Below are positions 23,201 to 35,700 of a stretch of DNA of 64,000 bases, piece after piece. Where the stretch lies: positions 121,779 to 185,778 of the forward strand of contig DF237072.1 of NCBI GenBank assembly GCA_000708835.1, in the 5' to 3' direction. The position numbers and the translations under genes were made by a program. Numbering within the stretch: the stretch's first letter is position 1; each line of letters opens with the position of its first letter. The notes below the pieces were generated by a model. The model was not told the DNA's origin. It worked only from the letters and a program-made list of their open reading frames with translations, and searched no databases. This DNA comes from Klebsormidium nitens. Lineage: Eukaryota > Plantae > Klebsormidiophyceae.

Positions 23201-25448
23201 AATCTGGCCCAACCACTGCTTTGGATCAAGTTTTGCGCTGCTTGAGACTTAGAGCAAGCAATATGCGCACTGTTAACGCGCTGCAAACTGCTTCTCCACA
23301 GGTACGAGATCTGCCGCGCGTTTACTGGGGGAACCTGGGCTTCATGAAGATGCCCATCAAGGAACGGTCGGGCGAGTGGGCAAAATGGTACGTGCCAAGG
23401 ATTTTCCAAGGGGCAGAAATTCTATATCACAAATATGCCGGTCCGCCCTTCTCTTCTCTGGGCATATATATATGATGTGGGACCTCATGCATATGCATAG
23501 ATAGAACGCTTGGATCTGCTGTGGGCCTCTGTTGCCTTCTTTCAATCCCGAAGGAAGTCACATCATCAGCTCGGGTGCTTCGATCCTTCTCCCTTCCCAG
23601 AACACCGATCAGACAGCGGTTCAACTATTAACTCCCCAGTCTATCCGTCATCCGACTACTCGAGGAAAGTAATCAAAGAGTTCCTTCAGCAGAATGCCAT
23701 GTTCCAGCAGGAACGTCAGGTTGATTGCCAGATTCAACGCGCTTTCGCAGGGAATTCTTGTCGCTAACCAGGCTTTTACCAGACCCGTTATCCAGGCTTT
23801 GGACAATTAACCAGGCCGCAACCTTGGTTCCAGGCTGGTTACCGCCCCAGTCTGGTTGTTGGAAAAGTGACCGAACTCTAACCAGCCCATAAGCAGCCAT
23901 AGTTCGGGGCCAAAAACTCTTATGTTTGCAAATTTCTGGTCACAGGTACAGCGACTTTTGGCCGGCCGGCGTGCCCTACCCGCTCTTCGGCCGCGGCCAC
24001 GGGTTCGCGCTCTCGCACGATCTGGTGCGCGCGCTCGCGCGCTGGGAGAACAAGCTGGACTGCGCGGGGCTAGAGGACGTGTGCACGGGTGTCCACCTCT
24101 CAAGCGACCACGTGTACGAAGCCACGGGGCGCCAGGTAAGGAGTCCGCGCGCGTGCGGCAGTGGGACTGGATGCCTCGAACTGACCGGAGCCGAATCTTC
24201 TGAAGCTCAGCGTTTCTCAGTTTGAGACAAGGAGCCGTCGTGAGGCCTGACTTTTTAATGGATGTTAAAGCTTTACACCCTGGTACTTCGTCTCGTCGTG
24301 CCGATATTCCTTTCGCTTGTCGTCCTTCGGTAAGAACGCTTCGCTTTTCCGAACACAAAGTAAGAACTCGTGGCCGGAACAGTCTGTTCTCTCGACGCCT
24401 GAGCCAGCCGTCGGACAGGCCGCACCGATCGGACCCATCCTGACCCAAATAGCTTCATTTTTCCGTTCCAACTTTGTGCCGTTTTTCTGATTTGGTCTGA
24501 CAACTGGCAACGGCTCATGTTTACCGAAGTAGTTGCGAAGACGTGGCTCCCCATCGTTGAGGTATGCTCCATGGAGACGCAATATTAAGCGGTCATGAGG
24601 GCCAGGCCCCCTTTCCACAAAGTCTTCACAAGGGCAGAATCATGGTTCACCTAGTTGAAATGGACGAGGTTTCCGGACAATATTCTAACGACGCGGAGCC
24701 TGGCTCAATATTGGCCGGGGGCTGGTTTGAAAGCACCTGTATCTATACCCACGTTGTCCGTTCTCCAAGGACTAGCGTAGTGCACCTGGCGGCGGGAGAT
24801 AAAGGTGCCAAATCTCAGGCTAATGTAAAAGATGAAACTTCGCTGCAATCCGCAACTTGAGCTGATGTGAAAACCCGACCTGCAGCAAGTAAACTCTTCC
24901 CCTCAACGTGGTGCAGCTGACGGAGACCGGGCTGCCCATCTTCGAAGATATTCTCACCGACTGAAACACGGTGACTCTACCAAGTTCAGGGCGATGTGAA
25001 AAGCCGATCCAACTAAAACCTGCCCTGGTATTTTCACCAGGGTCTGAACGTGGTGCACCTGATGGAGACCGGGCTGCCCATTTTTGAGGATATTCTCACC
25101 GACTATGACGACACCCAGTGCGAGGAAGGCATGACGCTCGCGCTGCATCTGAAACGCCCCATCGAAACGATGCGGACGTTTGTACGCACGTACGAGACCT
25201 GCGGACGCATGTGCGGCTGCGGCCGCGGCGCCAAAGGCGTCCGCAACGCGACCGTGATCGCGTCAGGATTTAAGCTCACGCAGATGCGCGCGGCCGCGGC
25301 CGCGGCCGCGTGGCCGTACTTCGACCTCCAAAACCAGGAGACGGAGATGTATCACGACAAGTATGAGTGCTTATTCACACAGGCGGATTACCACAGTGCG
25401 GCGGAGCGGGCTTTGTGCCGCGCGAAGGCGGGCAGGAAATCGTTGTGA
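11991..25448 (+). CDS. Predicted 18-exon multidomain glyco-enzyme (~1,551 aa): SP, GH clan-A-like, GT4-like, TM-TM, GT31
   Basis: Exons 11991-12329, 12839-12968, 13330-13574, 13986-14226, 14884-14971, 15647-15797, 16107-16291, 16901-17204, 17567-17704, 18037-18207, 18913-19329, 19684-19815, 20250-20600, 21210-22136, 22705-22857, 23302-23387, 23946-24135 and 25041-25448. Sum 4,656 nt, every junction phase-compatible, no internal stop. 16 GT-AG introns and 1 GC-AG. Confidence 0.72.
15012..15054 (+). repeat. (GCCCTATAAATAT)x3, three perfect TATA-box-containing units in an intron
   Basis: Perfect 13-bp units at 15012, 15025 and 15038. Confidence 0.9.
17567..21335 (+). CDS. Module 2: GT-B fold, GT4-like glycosyltransferase domain
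   Basis: RYLVLTD..RIQDLMRSLTAPGHEVV, YARADVVVTVSEED, GFGARRGMALMGDFHNP, WFIWNVLP..LTLVGS, MLAPVQAGTGVNTK..SIGLPVVST and YTNETAW. Confidence 0.8.
21694..25448 (+). CDS. Module 3: GT31 (beta-1,3-galactosyltransferase-like) domain with TM and stem
   Basis: TM TFLLVGLIYTGLALIFA, then LVIGVAS..ERQNARDTW, VRFIVG, EMEEYGDIV, ESYDALSRKT, FKTDDDIFV, YWG, YPLFGRGHGFALSHDLV and EDVCTG. Confidence 0.9.
22448..22510. repeat. 33-bp tandem duplication in an intron
   Basis: GACATCTWGCTTCCCAGCTATKTGAGTCG at 22448 and 22481. Confidence 0.85.
24625..25110 (+). repeat. Degenerate ~135-bp tandem echoes of the last-exon acceptor of the multidomain gene
   Basis: Copies of AACGTGGTGCACCTGATGGAG at about 24639, 24774, 24905 and the real exon at 25047. 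The 24905 copy matches about 55 nt of exon. Confidence 0.75.
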
Positions 25449-28400
25449 AAATCTTCACGTATGTGGGGAGAAAGGGGAGGAGACGCGTCTCCCCCTTTTC
25501 TCCTCCGCCTTTCTGCGAGCTTTTCCCCCCAAGGGGGAGACAACTAATCCTCCTTGTGTGCACGTGGGGTTGATGCAAGGTGATTGAAACTGAGGATCTG
25601 GTCTAGTTTTGGTCAATTATAGGTCAGAAAGATAGGTATTAGTACAGCCTGCAACTGCAACTGTTGCCACGTGTAAACGAATACTGTAAGCGCCCGCCAA
25701 GCTAGAGTCTTACGTCGTCAATTACTGAGTTGAGTTGCTTTGGAGAGGTATTTCTAACGCCGCAAAAACATTTTTAAATCTTTCCGCCTGTCGCCCGCCT
25801 GTAGTCGACCGTAGCAGGAGCGATCCGTAGACACGCGACGTCTGCAAGCTTGGGCGATTGTCTTAACTACGTTAAAGCTAGCTTTAGAATAATTGATTAA
25901 GCTTGCTGCTATACTTTGTAACGGAACCGTACGTGTTGGATCTTATTTTGAGTTACATGAATGTCTTTCCCGTGGACGTCCAGAACCTAAGAAACCAGTT
26001 CAGCTTGTAGAGAAGCCAAGTGCCAGGAAATGAAGTGGGCAACAATGACGTGTTTCAATTCTATTCTTGCAACCAGTTGCATGAAAGTTTCAACCAGGCC
26101 GTGCTGCAGAGCAATGCTTACCCAATCAAAGTCCCCTGAGGCCTTCATAAGACCACATGTCAATGCACAACTGTTGTGACCACTTCACTTGAGACGCCCC
26201 AAATAACGGCCAACTTTCACGAGCAAGGGTCGATTCACATTTTTCATTATGCGCATAGGTTTTGTTACCAACGCCTCGTCAAAGCGTGAATCTCGAATCT
26301 TCCCCGTCTAATTTGATCACCCTTCAAATCAAGCTCTGGCTTTGGACGTCCAAATAGAGCTGCGAATCAGCCCTTCGCGTTCTTGTTGATCGAGTTTAAT
26401 GCATGAGTCATTTTCGAAGTGACCGTTATAGAAGACTCTCGTTAGATTTATTTCCCATTTATTTCGTCTGTGATCCGCCGCCGGAACCTCATTCAAGCCC
26501 CCATTCAAGCAATGGCATCTGCAACATTTCGGCCGGCCGCGCCGGTTCGATTACCACGTCTTTGGACACACGCTTCATAAATCATCATATTGCAGGGAGC
26601 CTGCACTGCTCCAGTTCTATGCGGGCCAGTTTGCTCAGTTTCTTGACTCAGTCCCGCGGGCCGACGTTTTGAAACAAGGTGGCGGCCGGGCGCGGCCGGC
26701 TGCCCGGCCGCCTCAGTGCCCGAGGTGAACCTCGCGCCCGGCGGCCGCGGCTTCGGTTGAAACTGGGCAATAGTGGTGGTTAGTAAGAACCATGTTCTGT
26801 GAACCAAACCCTGTAGTTTTGCAGTGGCCCGGCCAGCTCTTGCATAAAACTTTGAAAGTGGGGACTGGGCCAGCATTTGCGCTGAGCGCATTTGCAAGTT
26901 GCAGCATTCCAGTTTCTCTAGAGCTCTTTGTGTTTAACGCAACTCCTCAAGTGCATCACATGATGCATATGTACTGGACTATGCTGCACAGACAATCAGA
27001 ACCGTGCTGGATTGAGGACGAGCAGTTTTTTGCGGCACGGTCTGCCAGCAGTGAGAAGCTGGTGAGTATTCACGCGCCCGTGACGAGAGTACAACGAGAG
27101 GAAGCTCCAGAAAAGAAGTATAGATTGATTTGCTGAAAGGTGATGCTCTTAATTCTTTGAATGCCAGGATTCTGCTATATTTGATATCAAAAGCTTTCAA
27201 AGTTCGAGAATCCTGGTTACATTTCGATTGATTTCCAGCCTTTCTTTGCCCTCAAACAATGCTTGCGTTGCGAATATCACTGAGGAGGTGTTGATCGATC
27301 ATCATGAGTTGAGGGCAGTGCATGTATCAGCTACCGGGCATGACAAAAAGCCCGATGGTTTGTGCCTTTTGAGTCTAGGGCTTCTTTTCAGCTAGCTCGG
27401 CAGCTTTATTGTTTTTGCACAGGTGTCTGTTCAAGCTCCATAAGAATGAACCTTCTGCAACCCCACAAGTTGATCGAGTATAAGTCTGAGGGGCTGCTCA
27501 GTGACTGTGATGATCTTTGCCAAGACAACAGTGACGTTGATTGTGCTCGAAAAGATGATTCCTGTCTACTTGATAGCTCCGTATTGCTGTGTGGTCAAAG
27601 GTTTTCTTGTTGCTTGTATTCCCAGCATTGGAGCTAGTGGTGCACATTTGAAGCTGCCGCTTCTGAACAGTTGCTGCTTGAGGTCAATCTGGCCAGCGGT
27701 CAGTGATGAGACTGGGACCAGGTAGGAACTTGCTTGTCGTTGATCTGGTAGTTGGTTTCACAGCAGCCGCACACAATCCTGATTTTGGAGTCTGTTTGAA
27801 ACTTTGGAATTTGTGGTCCGCAGGCTTGGACAGAATGAGTTGACCAATGATATTGGCAGAGAGTTGAGTGCCAGGAAATTCAGCTGGACTCTGTGTTAGT
27901 ATGCTGATCGCCCTTTCCTCCCTCTCCTCTCTAGCAAGGAGAAGAGTATGGTGTGCATCAGACAAAGGTGCATCGTACCTGGAACGTTGTTCTTGCATGC
28001 TGGAGCTTGGCAGACAAAAGCGAGTTTGGGTTCTCCTTTCAGAAACCGTTGCAATCTCCATCGGAGGCAACACGTGTGTCTTCTGAAAACTACGAGCGCA
28101 TGCAAGGCTTCTCATTCATTGGACTTCTTTTATCGTCTCTTAAGAGGCAGCTGCTTTCGCAAGGGGGTTGGGGAGTTGAATGTCTACCACCATCAGCATA
28201 GTATGGCACCACAGGCGTAATGGCACTGACTTAGGACTTTCTGTGCAGGAGGTAATGTATGCCCCAACGAACCATCATAGACAGCCGGATAGCCTCCTTC
28301 CAGACCAATTTCGGACCTTCCAGATCAACTCTTCTGAGCTCGTCCGGTTCAGAGCTACTTCAAGACCTACTATAACCCTTCAAGAAGTAGAGGTAGCAGC

Positions 28401-29655
28401 CCGTGTTCTTTCGACGAGCTCAATTTCTTCTTAGCTCGTGCGTTTCCGCTTGATACCTGCTCGAATGGTTTTCGGTCTGAAATGAATCTATCACCCTAGG
28501 TTCTATGTTCTTTCTATCCCTGCTCGGTGTTTCTTTGTGTCGAGGATGTTTTGGGTGGATGTGTCTGGCTGTGAAACATAAATCATTTTGTTACCATGTA
28601 TTCAATCTTGGACTTGATTTTCAACAGGGCTTTGCTCGTTGAATGGGCAAAGAGAAGTGTTTTCAATCCTTGCCGGTTACTTTCAGAGGCACGAGCCCTT
28701 TCTCGGACGCAACCTCAGCGATTTTATGCAGTTTTTTTTGGTCAGTGCTGACGGCCCCAGTACTTCTTATTGCGCGCCTTGGTCTCCAGCAGCTATATTC
28801 AAAAAAAGCTAGTCAAATCTTGAGTGTATTTACAGTTGTGAAAGGTCGGCATCCTTGGTTGCCTTCAAAATGTTGATGACCCGCATAGCACACATAGGCA
28901 CGAGATGCGGATGAAGTATCTTCTGATTCCGGTTAGAATACCTTGAACTATCGACAATTATTCTGCAACTGATCCTACTCGGAGCCAGCTTGGCGCTTTC
29001 TCCTGCAGGAATAAACCGTCTCGAACCGTGTACTTCCAGATCATAGTCGCTTCCAAGCCACCAGATTCGAAGATTGCTTCTTTCTGCAGGAATCCTTTCG
29101 TCCAAGTCAAGAGCCCCTGCTGTTGTAAGAGCCGGGATCGCACGGGATCTGGGACTCTGCATCGCCATGATAGTGGCGCTGCCACGGATGGGCGCCATGC
29201 AGAAAGTAAGACCACCTGTTTCAAAGTTAGCACTTTGCGAAGCTTTAGAGGTTTGGAGAATTCAAGCGGCCCACTCCACTTCAGTCAGGTTCTGTTGCAG
29301 CCGGGGGGGGTCCTTTGTGCGTATGGTATTTGTGAATCCACAACGCAGGCCCTACAAGGGGGCACTTTCGTTCACGGGGTGTTGCGTTGTTCCCTTAAGA
29401 TAGTCCAGATTACAAGTGGCATAAATCGACCAAATGCGCTCATTCATTCCCAGTCGGCGTGCCTCGATGCATGCGCGGTCAAATGCTGCCACCAGAAGTT
29501 GCAGACGCAAAGATACCGCATCTCTTCTCCTTTGCCATTTTGGCAGAAACGGAGACCAGCCCCGCCATCGCAACCGTCGACCGCCTTTCTTGAGAACTAC
29601 AGATGGCTGCTGACGCCATGAGGGGTTATATTCGAGCCAAGGGCTCCAGGATAAG

Positions 29656-29978
29656 GTGCGTCTTTCTGGTTGACCGTCATCTATTTGGGCCCTGTGCTTT
29701 GTGGAAGATGCCAGGGATTGGGGCATCAAATGACCCTGACGAGTAAGGGTCTCGGCTTTTTGGAAAAAGCTGTGAGCAGAACCTTAAAGATCTTTTCTTA
29801 TGAGGATATCAAGTCGTGCGTCTTTCTGGTTTGACCGTCATCTATTTGGGCCCTGTCCTTTGTGGAACATGCCAGGGATAGGGGCATCAACGGACCTTGA
29901 CGAGTAAGGTTCTCTGCATTCTTGGAAGAAGCTGTGAGCAGAACCTTCCAAGATCTTTTCTTATGAGAATATCAAGTC
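29656..29978. repeat. 160-bp tandem duplication
   Basis: Units start with GTGCGTCTTTCTGG at 29656 and 29816 and are highly similar throughout. Confidence 0.9.
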
Positions 29979-32607
29979 GCAAAACGGGCGTGCGAAAGCT
30001 GCTCAACGCTGTAGCGGGCTTCCCGTGGTGTCTTTCAGCAGGTTGGGCGTGTATGCACGAGCTTAGATACTTCTCCGTGGATTCGTACTATTTTTGCTTA
30101 CCCGGCCTGGGAATGACAGACTTGCTGGTCACACTTGACCATCCGTATCATTGGAGCTCTGATTGGCACCTTGCAAAAAAAAGAAATAAATAAATAAAAA
30201 CATGCCAAACATGAGCGTGTTCGACGCAAGGCTGGTGCTCAGTGCTCGGTTTGGCTTTGATAGTAGAAGAGCACGGGAACATAAGCTGCAAAGAATCTTG
30301 GCCCCTATCACACCGGAGCTCAAAGCTTCTAGGCCAAGGATGCACGGGTCTGGCAACCTCGCTTGACCATGCCCCTTCTCAAAGTAACTGATCGGCCTTG
30401 TTTGGTTTGTGGATGTCGATTACGACTTCCACGATTGGCACACTTCGCAGTCAGCACCACCGTTGTGAACATTCATGACAACGTGTACTGTAACTTGGGA
30501 TTTCGCTGGCTTACGATGCACGGTCCCTTGTTGGTCTATCTTTGACCAAGGTAGACTGCCGTGGCTGATCGGCCTATGTTTGATTCTGAGGGGAGGACAC
30601 AAGTCTGGTTCTCACATTCCAGGCTTTGCTGTGCAGAGCATTACGATCAGGTTTTTACAAACAGACCAACCCGATACGATACGATCAATGGAACTCCACT
30701 CTTCTGCAATAGGAGCCCGCATGCCGGCTGTCGTTCTCTTATAAGGTCAAAGGCGCGTGAATGTTCCGGTCGAATTCCCTGGTTGATGTCGACATCTGCG
30801 ATTGAGTACAGATGGTGATTGGCCCTCCTCAGAAAGGTTGGGCCGCCAGTTGGGATATTGTTTTCCATGATTTGGCAGGGTAAGCCGTCATGGTGGTTTT
30901 CACTTGCACAGTACACAATCCAACGTCTCTAAGCATCGCCCGAACATCTTCGTGTTGGGGTCTATATTGAGGATCTGCAATCCTGACCCCTGATCCGGCT
31001 GCACCTCCTTGTCTCTTCTTAGGCATTTCGATCTTGCTGGGGTCTTTTGAAAGTGCGGGGCAGTCAGTGTCCCCAATTCGATCCGCCTTCGTCTTCTCTG
31101 GTGTTTCAAATCTGACCCTACTGGAAATCCGCTCAACCGCCCTGCCTGTCAAAGCTCCTGTCTTAGCTGAACCGCGTTTGGGTTGCTGGTCTTCTGAAAA
31201 TAGTCTGCTTGTCTTCTTGACACCGCTGGTATTACTGGTCTCTCAGCGGCCTCGTCGCTCTCTTCGTTATTGAACCTCGTGTCTCCGCTTTCTGTTCTTA
31301 AGTCTCTTCCAAGTGAGTCAGTGCATTAACACAAGTGCTTGCGCAAGTTCTCGTATTCAAGAGCACATTTAAACAAAGTTGCCATCAAATCGATTGTGAG
31401 AGAGCACGATCCGGTTCTGTGAGATATAGGTGGAAATGGTTGCGGCAAATTACGCTCATAGATCAGACTCGCATTCGCATTTTCCCTGGCCAAAGATGTG
31501 TACTGGCGTGCTGGTCTAGCTTGACCATATATGACCGTCACTGACTGGCCTCTTCAAATACCGCGGACAAATGTGGTCAAACTTCTGGTTCTGGTATTGA
31601 GCATGTTCATCTAGATCAAACTGCAGTTGACGTAAAGATTTGAGTAGCACTCGAGCTCAGAACTCGATAGGGCTTAAGGTGCGCTGAAACGATGGTCTAT
31701 TTGACCATTGTCTTGCTCTGCGCCCTGCGTGGCCTTGCTCTGTGCCCTGAGTGGCCTCTCGAGATTGTTACAAGTCCAACTCAATGACAGGCTCAGCCTG
31801 CGAACAACCATCCAATCTGGTTGAAGACCACGCCTTTTGTCAGATCTCAAGCTCTCCTTCTTTCTTTGGCCGGGCAGGCATGCAATCGGGCGTCCTTTAG
31901 CCTTACCTTGCGGAAGTCGGGACTGTCTGTGTCAAAAGAGAAGCGTCCTGGCGACAAGTAGAACCGTGTACGGCGAAAGCCGAAGTTATGAAGGTGCGCT
32001 GCATCCACTTCGAACTCGGAGTTGGCATTGAAGTGCAAGTCAACAGCCTTGCGCCCCGTAGCTTCGTCAACATCATGTTTCCACAAAACCGAGGCAAAGA
32101 TGACGGCAAAAGAGTGACGGGAATGGACCCCTTTGTCAACATAGGTTTGCGTGGCTGACGCCTTGCCTCTACTTTCGGACGCCACAATTGCTGGTGTTTA
32201 TTTGCCTTACTCGTCCGCCTTTTCGCCGTCAAGCTTCATTTCAGTCGAGTGTTGGTTTTTCGGACACGTTCGTGAGCCGCCTTGCGTCTGGACCCCGGTT
32301 ATTGAGGGGATGGAAAGTCGGTGTGGCTTTGCAAAGCGGGTTCTCGTGCTCGCTTCTCGGCTGGAAGAACGTGCCGAACTGAATCGAGGCAAGGATGACA
32401 CCAGGACGTGACTTGGTATGCTAAAAAGCTCGCCAAGAAGTGCTTTTGTACACATCAAGAGCCCTCCCAAGGCAAACCTGCCATCTCTTCAGTATCTTTT
32501 GAACTAGACTATGCCCCCAGTCCTGTGCGTTTATTGTTTCACGGTTATGATAGAACATGAATCCAGTTTTTTTGTCTGACTGAAGCCACCATCTTTTGAG
32601 CGCGGAG

Positions 32608-32759
32608 TTATACAACAGTCATAACCCCATCACTTTCGTTGTAAAGGAGCTTGCGCCTTAGTTTTACACCTGGATGCGTTTCATTATACAACAGTCATAA
32701 CCCCATCACCTTCGTTGTAAAGGAGCTTGCGTTTTAATTTTACACCTGGACGCGTTTCA
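32608..32759 (-). repeat. 76-bp tandem duplication containing a donor-like CAG|GTGTAA
   Basis: Units at 32608 and 32684. Donor-like sites at 32745 and 32669 on the minus strand. Confidence 0.85.
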
Positions 32760-35700
32760 GTTCTCGCAGATTTATCATCGACCCCTTTTTCCCCCTCTGA
32801 ACTAAGAGACGAGCTTTCTTCTCAAGTATGTGAAGACTTGGTCTGCTCTGAAGTTTCCTCCGTCCGCTTTGGATGTCATTCCCTTCGATCAGGCTGCTTA
32901 TAGATATCAATAGATGCGTCTGCTCGTTCTTTAGCTCAAGAGGTCTGTTCAGGAAGGGAGAGGAAACATCAAAAGGCGATGATTCTGCCCAGCATCGGCC
33001 GCTTTGGTCAAGCCAAAACTCCGTTGACGCCTTGCTGTTCGTCAATTACCTATTTGCAAACGGGTTGTTGGAATCGACGACCCAAAGTTTTTGCGGTGCG
33101 TAGGCCCACATTTTAGGAAGGGGTTAATCCTACTAGTTAGCGGTGACAAATTGCACTTGTAAGGCAGCATGGCGGGGCTGCCGCAGGGTACCTTCAGCGG
33201 CAGTTCTGTGGCAGTTGCATGCCTTGTATTGCGCAGAACCTACGGATTTGACGGGTAAAGCTTTGAGTCTTTGTCATTGTGACTTTGTCTCCGATGTGAA
33301 AAGTCATAGGCAAGCTTCCCTGCGCCCTCATGTGTGTCGTGTTTTGAATCGTCATCATTAGCCAAGTCCCGAGTCAAACTACGAAGATTGTCTGGTCCAA
33401 GTTCAGGATTACGAAGGCAGTCTTCAAAGTTCTGGGATTAGCAGCGTAGTGCAAGAATCAGCGGCCTTACTGAGGCCTCGTGGCTGGGTCAGATTGTCAC
33501 AGAAGGACTAGTATGTGTCTTTAGAAATCGGTTTCCCAGAGGCTCCTTAACCCCGTACTCGCAAAGCTGAAGGGCGGTGACTTGTCGTAAGCCCCAGCTT
33601 GGCATCTTGCGCAAAGATCGACATCGCCGGCTTCTGAGTCCCTCATTTCTATTTCTAATGCTTGTGAGCGACAACCACAGCGCTGAGGTTGCAGCGCATG
33701 TTTCTCTTGGCTTAGGATCAATGTTTACCCTCTTTATATTGGTACTTAGAAATTGACTTTTTGTCGGCCTATCGTAGCGTCGCCTTTGCTCAGTCCCATG
33801 TTCACATCGTCTCAATTCACATCTTAAAACGCAGTGTTTGAAAAGGTGCGGTTCGGAACTTCCCCACTTATTACTGTGCTATGCAATCGGTCCTTCCAAT
33901 TACTATGGTAGGCCGCGATCCAGAAGATCTGTTTGATGAGCACTGCTGAGGGGGCGACGATGATGCAGAAGGTCATGAGGTCCAACCCCTCAATGTTATC
34001 CCGACGCCATGCAACACGGATGCTTTCTCTATTGAGTAGGATGCTGCCCTTCCGGAGTAGAATTGTGCCTATTCTTTCCTTGCTGCTAAACAGCAGGGTT
34101 TCGTTCTCGTCGAGTGCTGATTCGTTGACCGTTTGGAAACACAGCAACAGTTGGCCTCTAACTTGGTCAGAAACCTCGAGGTCATCGTGGCTGCGGAAGT
34201 GGCGTCTTGTGTTTACTTCTCAAATAGCAAAACGTGCCGAGGTGAAATGAGGCAAATATAACTTTATGATGTGGCTTGATGTGCTAAAGAGCTCGCCAGG
34301 AGTACGGTGCTGCGGTGTCGAGCGTTTCCACGCTATACGTGCCATCCGCTCGTTCTTTTTTTCGGACGGTGCCCTGAGTCCTGTCCAACCGTCCGAGGTT
34401 CTAAACCCAAGTTTACCTCGACGTTTCCTTTCGAAGCGGGGAGCTATACTTGAGTTCAGAACCGTAGGGTTATTCGCGCCAAAGCTTGGCATCATACAGC
34501 CCCATCTCTAGTTGCCAAAACTAAGGTCTTAGCTTCTTTCATTCCGGTAGACGAGCTCTGTCCAACTTCAAGGTTGAATCACAGCATCGGCTTTGAAGGT
34601 TCCTTCGCTTTTCTTTGACCCCTTTCCGTCCAAAGGCCTCTTTCGAAAACTTCGCTTTTGTAGGCTCGGCTTCCTTGGACTCGAATGCTGTCCCAGCTCA
34701 CCAGTTAGTGGTGAGGGGGACGAAAGGCGATGATCACTTCAGACGTCAAAACCGGCAGTACGCGCTATAGTCAGGACGATCCCTGGGTGACGCCACATCC
34801 TTGCAGATGCATTTCAGGCGTTTAGCGAGCGTCTTTCTTCCAAAATACCGACCTCTCTTACTTCATCGCCTGCTTCGTATTGCTGATTGGCTGCTACATC
34901 CTTGGGTTTTGTATCAAGCTCGTTGCTTGGGTGTGACACTCAAAAGCCAGTAACTAGCCGAAGGAGACAACTAACTCTAAAGGACCATGCATTTCTTGTG
35001 TGACATTGGCTGCCAGGCGCCTCACATTCTTGGGCATGTGTTTGCGTTTGTCCCCATCTGCTTGGTGCTGCTTGCCGCTATATCCGCCGTGGTACATGCA
35101 TAGTTGCTTACGTTTGCTGTTTGGGCACTGCCCCTTTTCCTCAGCGTATTCCATGTTCGTTTAGTAAGCTTTTTGATAAGGCCAACACACGAGAAAAGGC
35201 AGTACTCCCTGCATTTTAAATCTTCCCAGGCCTGACTCTTACCGTTGTCCAATTTCCCGTGTGATACGAATCACAATTGGTTGCACAGCTTGCAAGACAG
35301 GAATACTCCCGGCGGTTGTCATTGACGCGAAAAGGGCTTGTCGAAAAGGCACTACGACTGTCTCGTAGTTCCAAACCTCTCTTGCCTGTACCTCAAGTTT
35401 TACTAACCGCTTTCAAAGTCATCCTGCTTTCTGCCCTGCTTTCTGGCCCCGCTTTTTGGACAGGACCTTCATTAGAATGCTCGTCTCAAAAATGGAAACC
35501 CTTCCGGATGTAAGGGGTCTACACAGACGATAGTGGGTTGCCTTGCTTCATGGGCGTCCTTCGAGAAAGGTTATTTGAATGAGCTCACAGCAGGCTGCCT
35601 AAACCTGCTTTTCGGGTACGCGATTTCAGAACTCAGCTTGAGCTACGGCGGCCCCAAGAGTACTCAACGAGAGTTTTGAAGCTTTGGTTCCTTTCACAAT

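Noticed and set aside
18744-24448. Long antisense and alternate-frame ORFs (18744-19304, 21206-21694, 21552-22073, 23807-24448)
   Set aside because: Shadows of GC-rich exons of the multidomain gene, with low-complexity Arg/Ala translations.
33824-34147. Possible Ulp1/C48 protease fragment
   Set aside because: No catalytic HW or Q...DCG motif could be placed.
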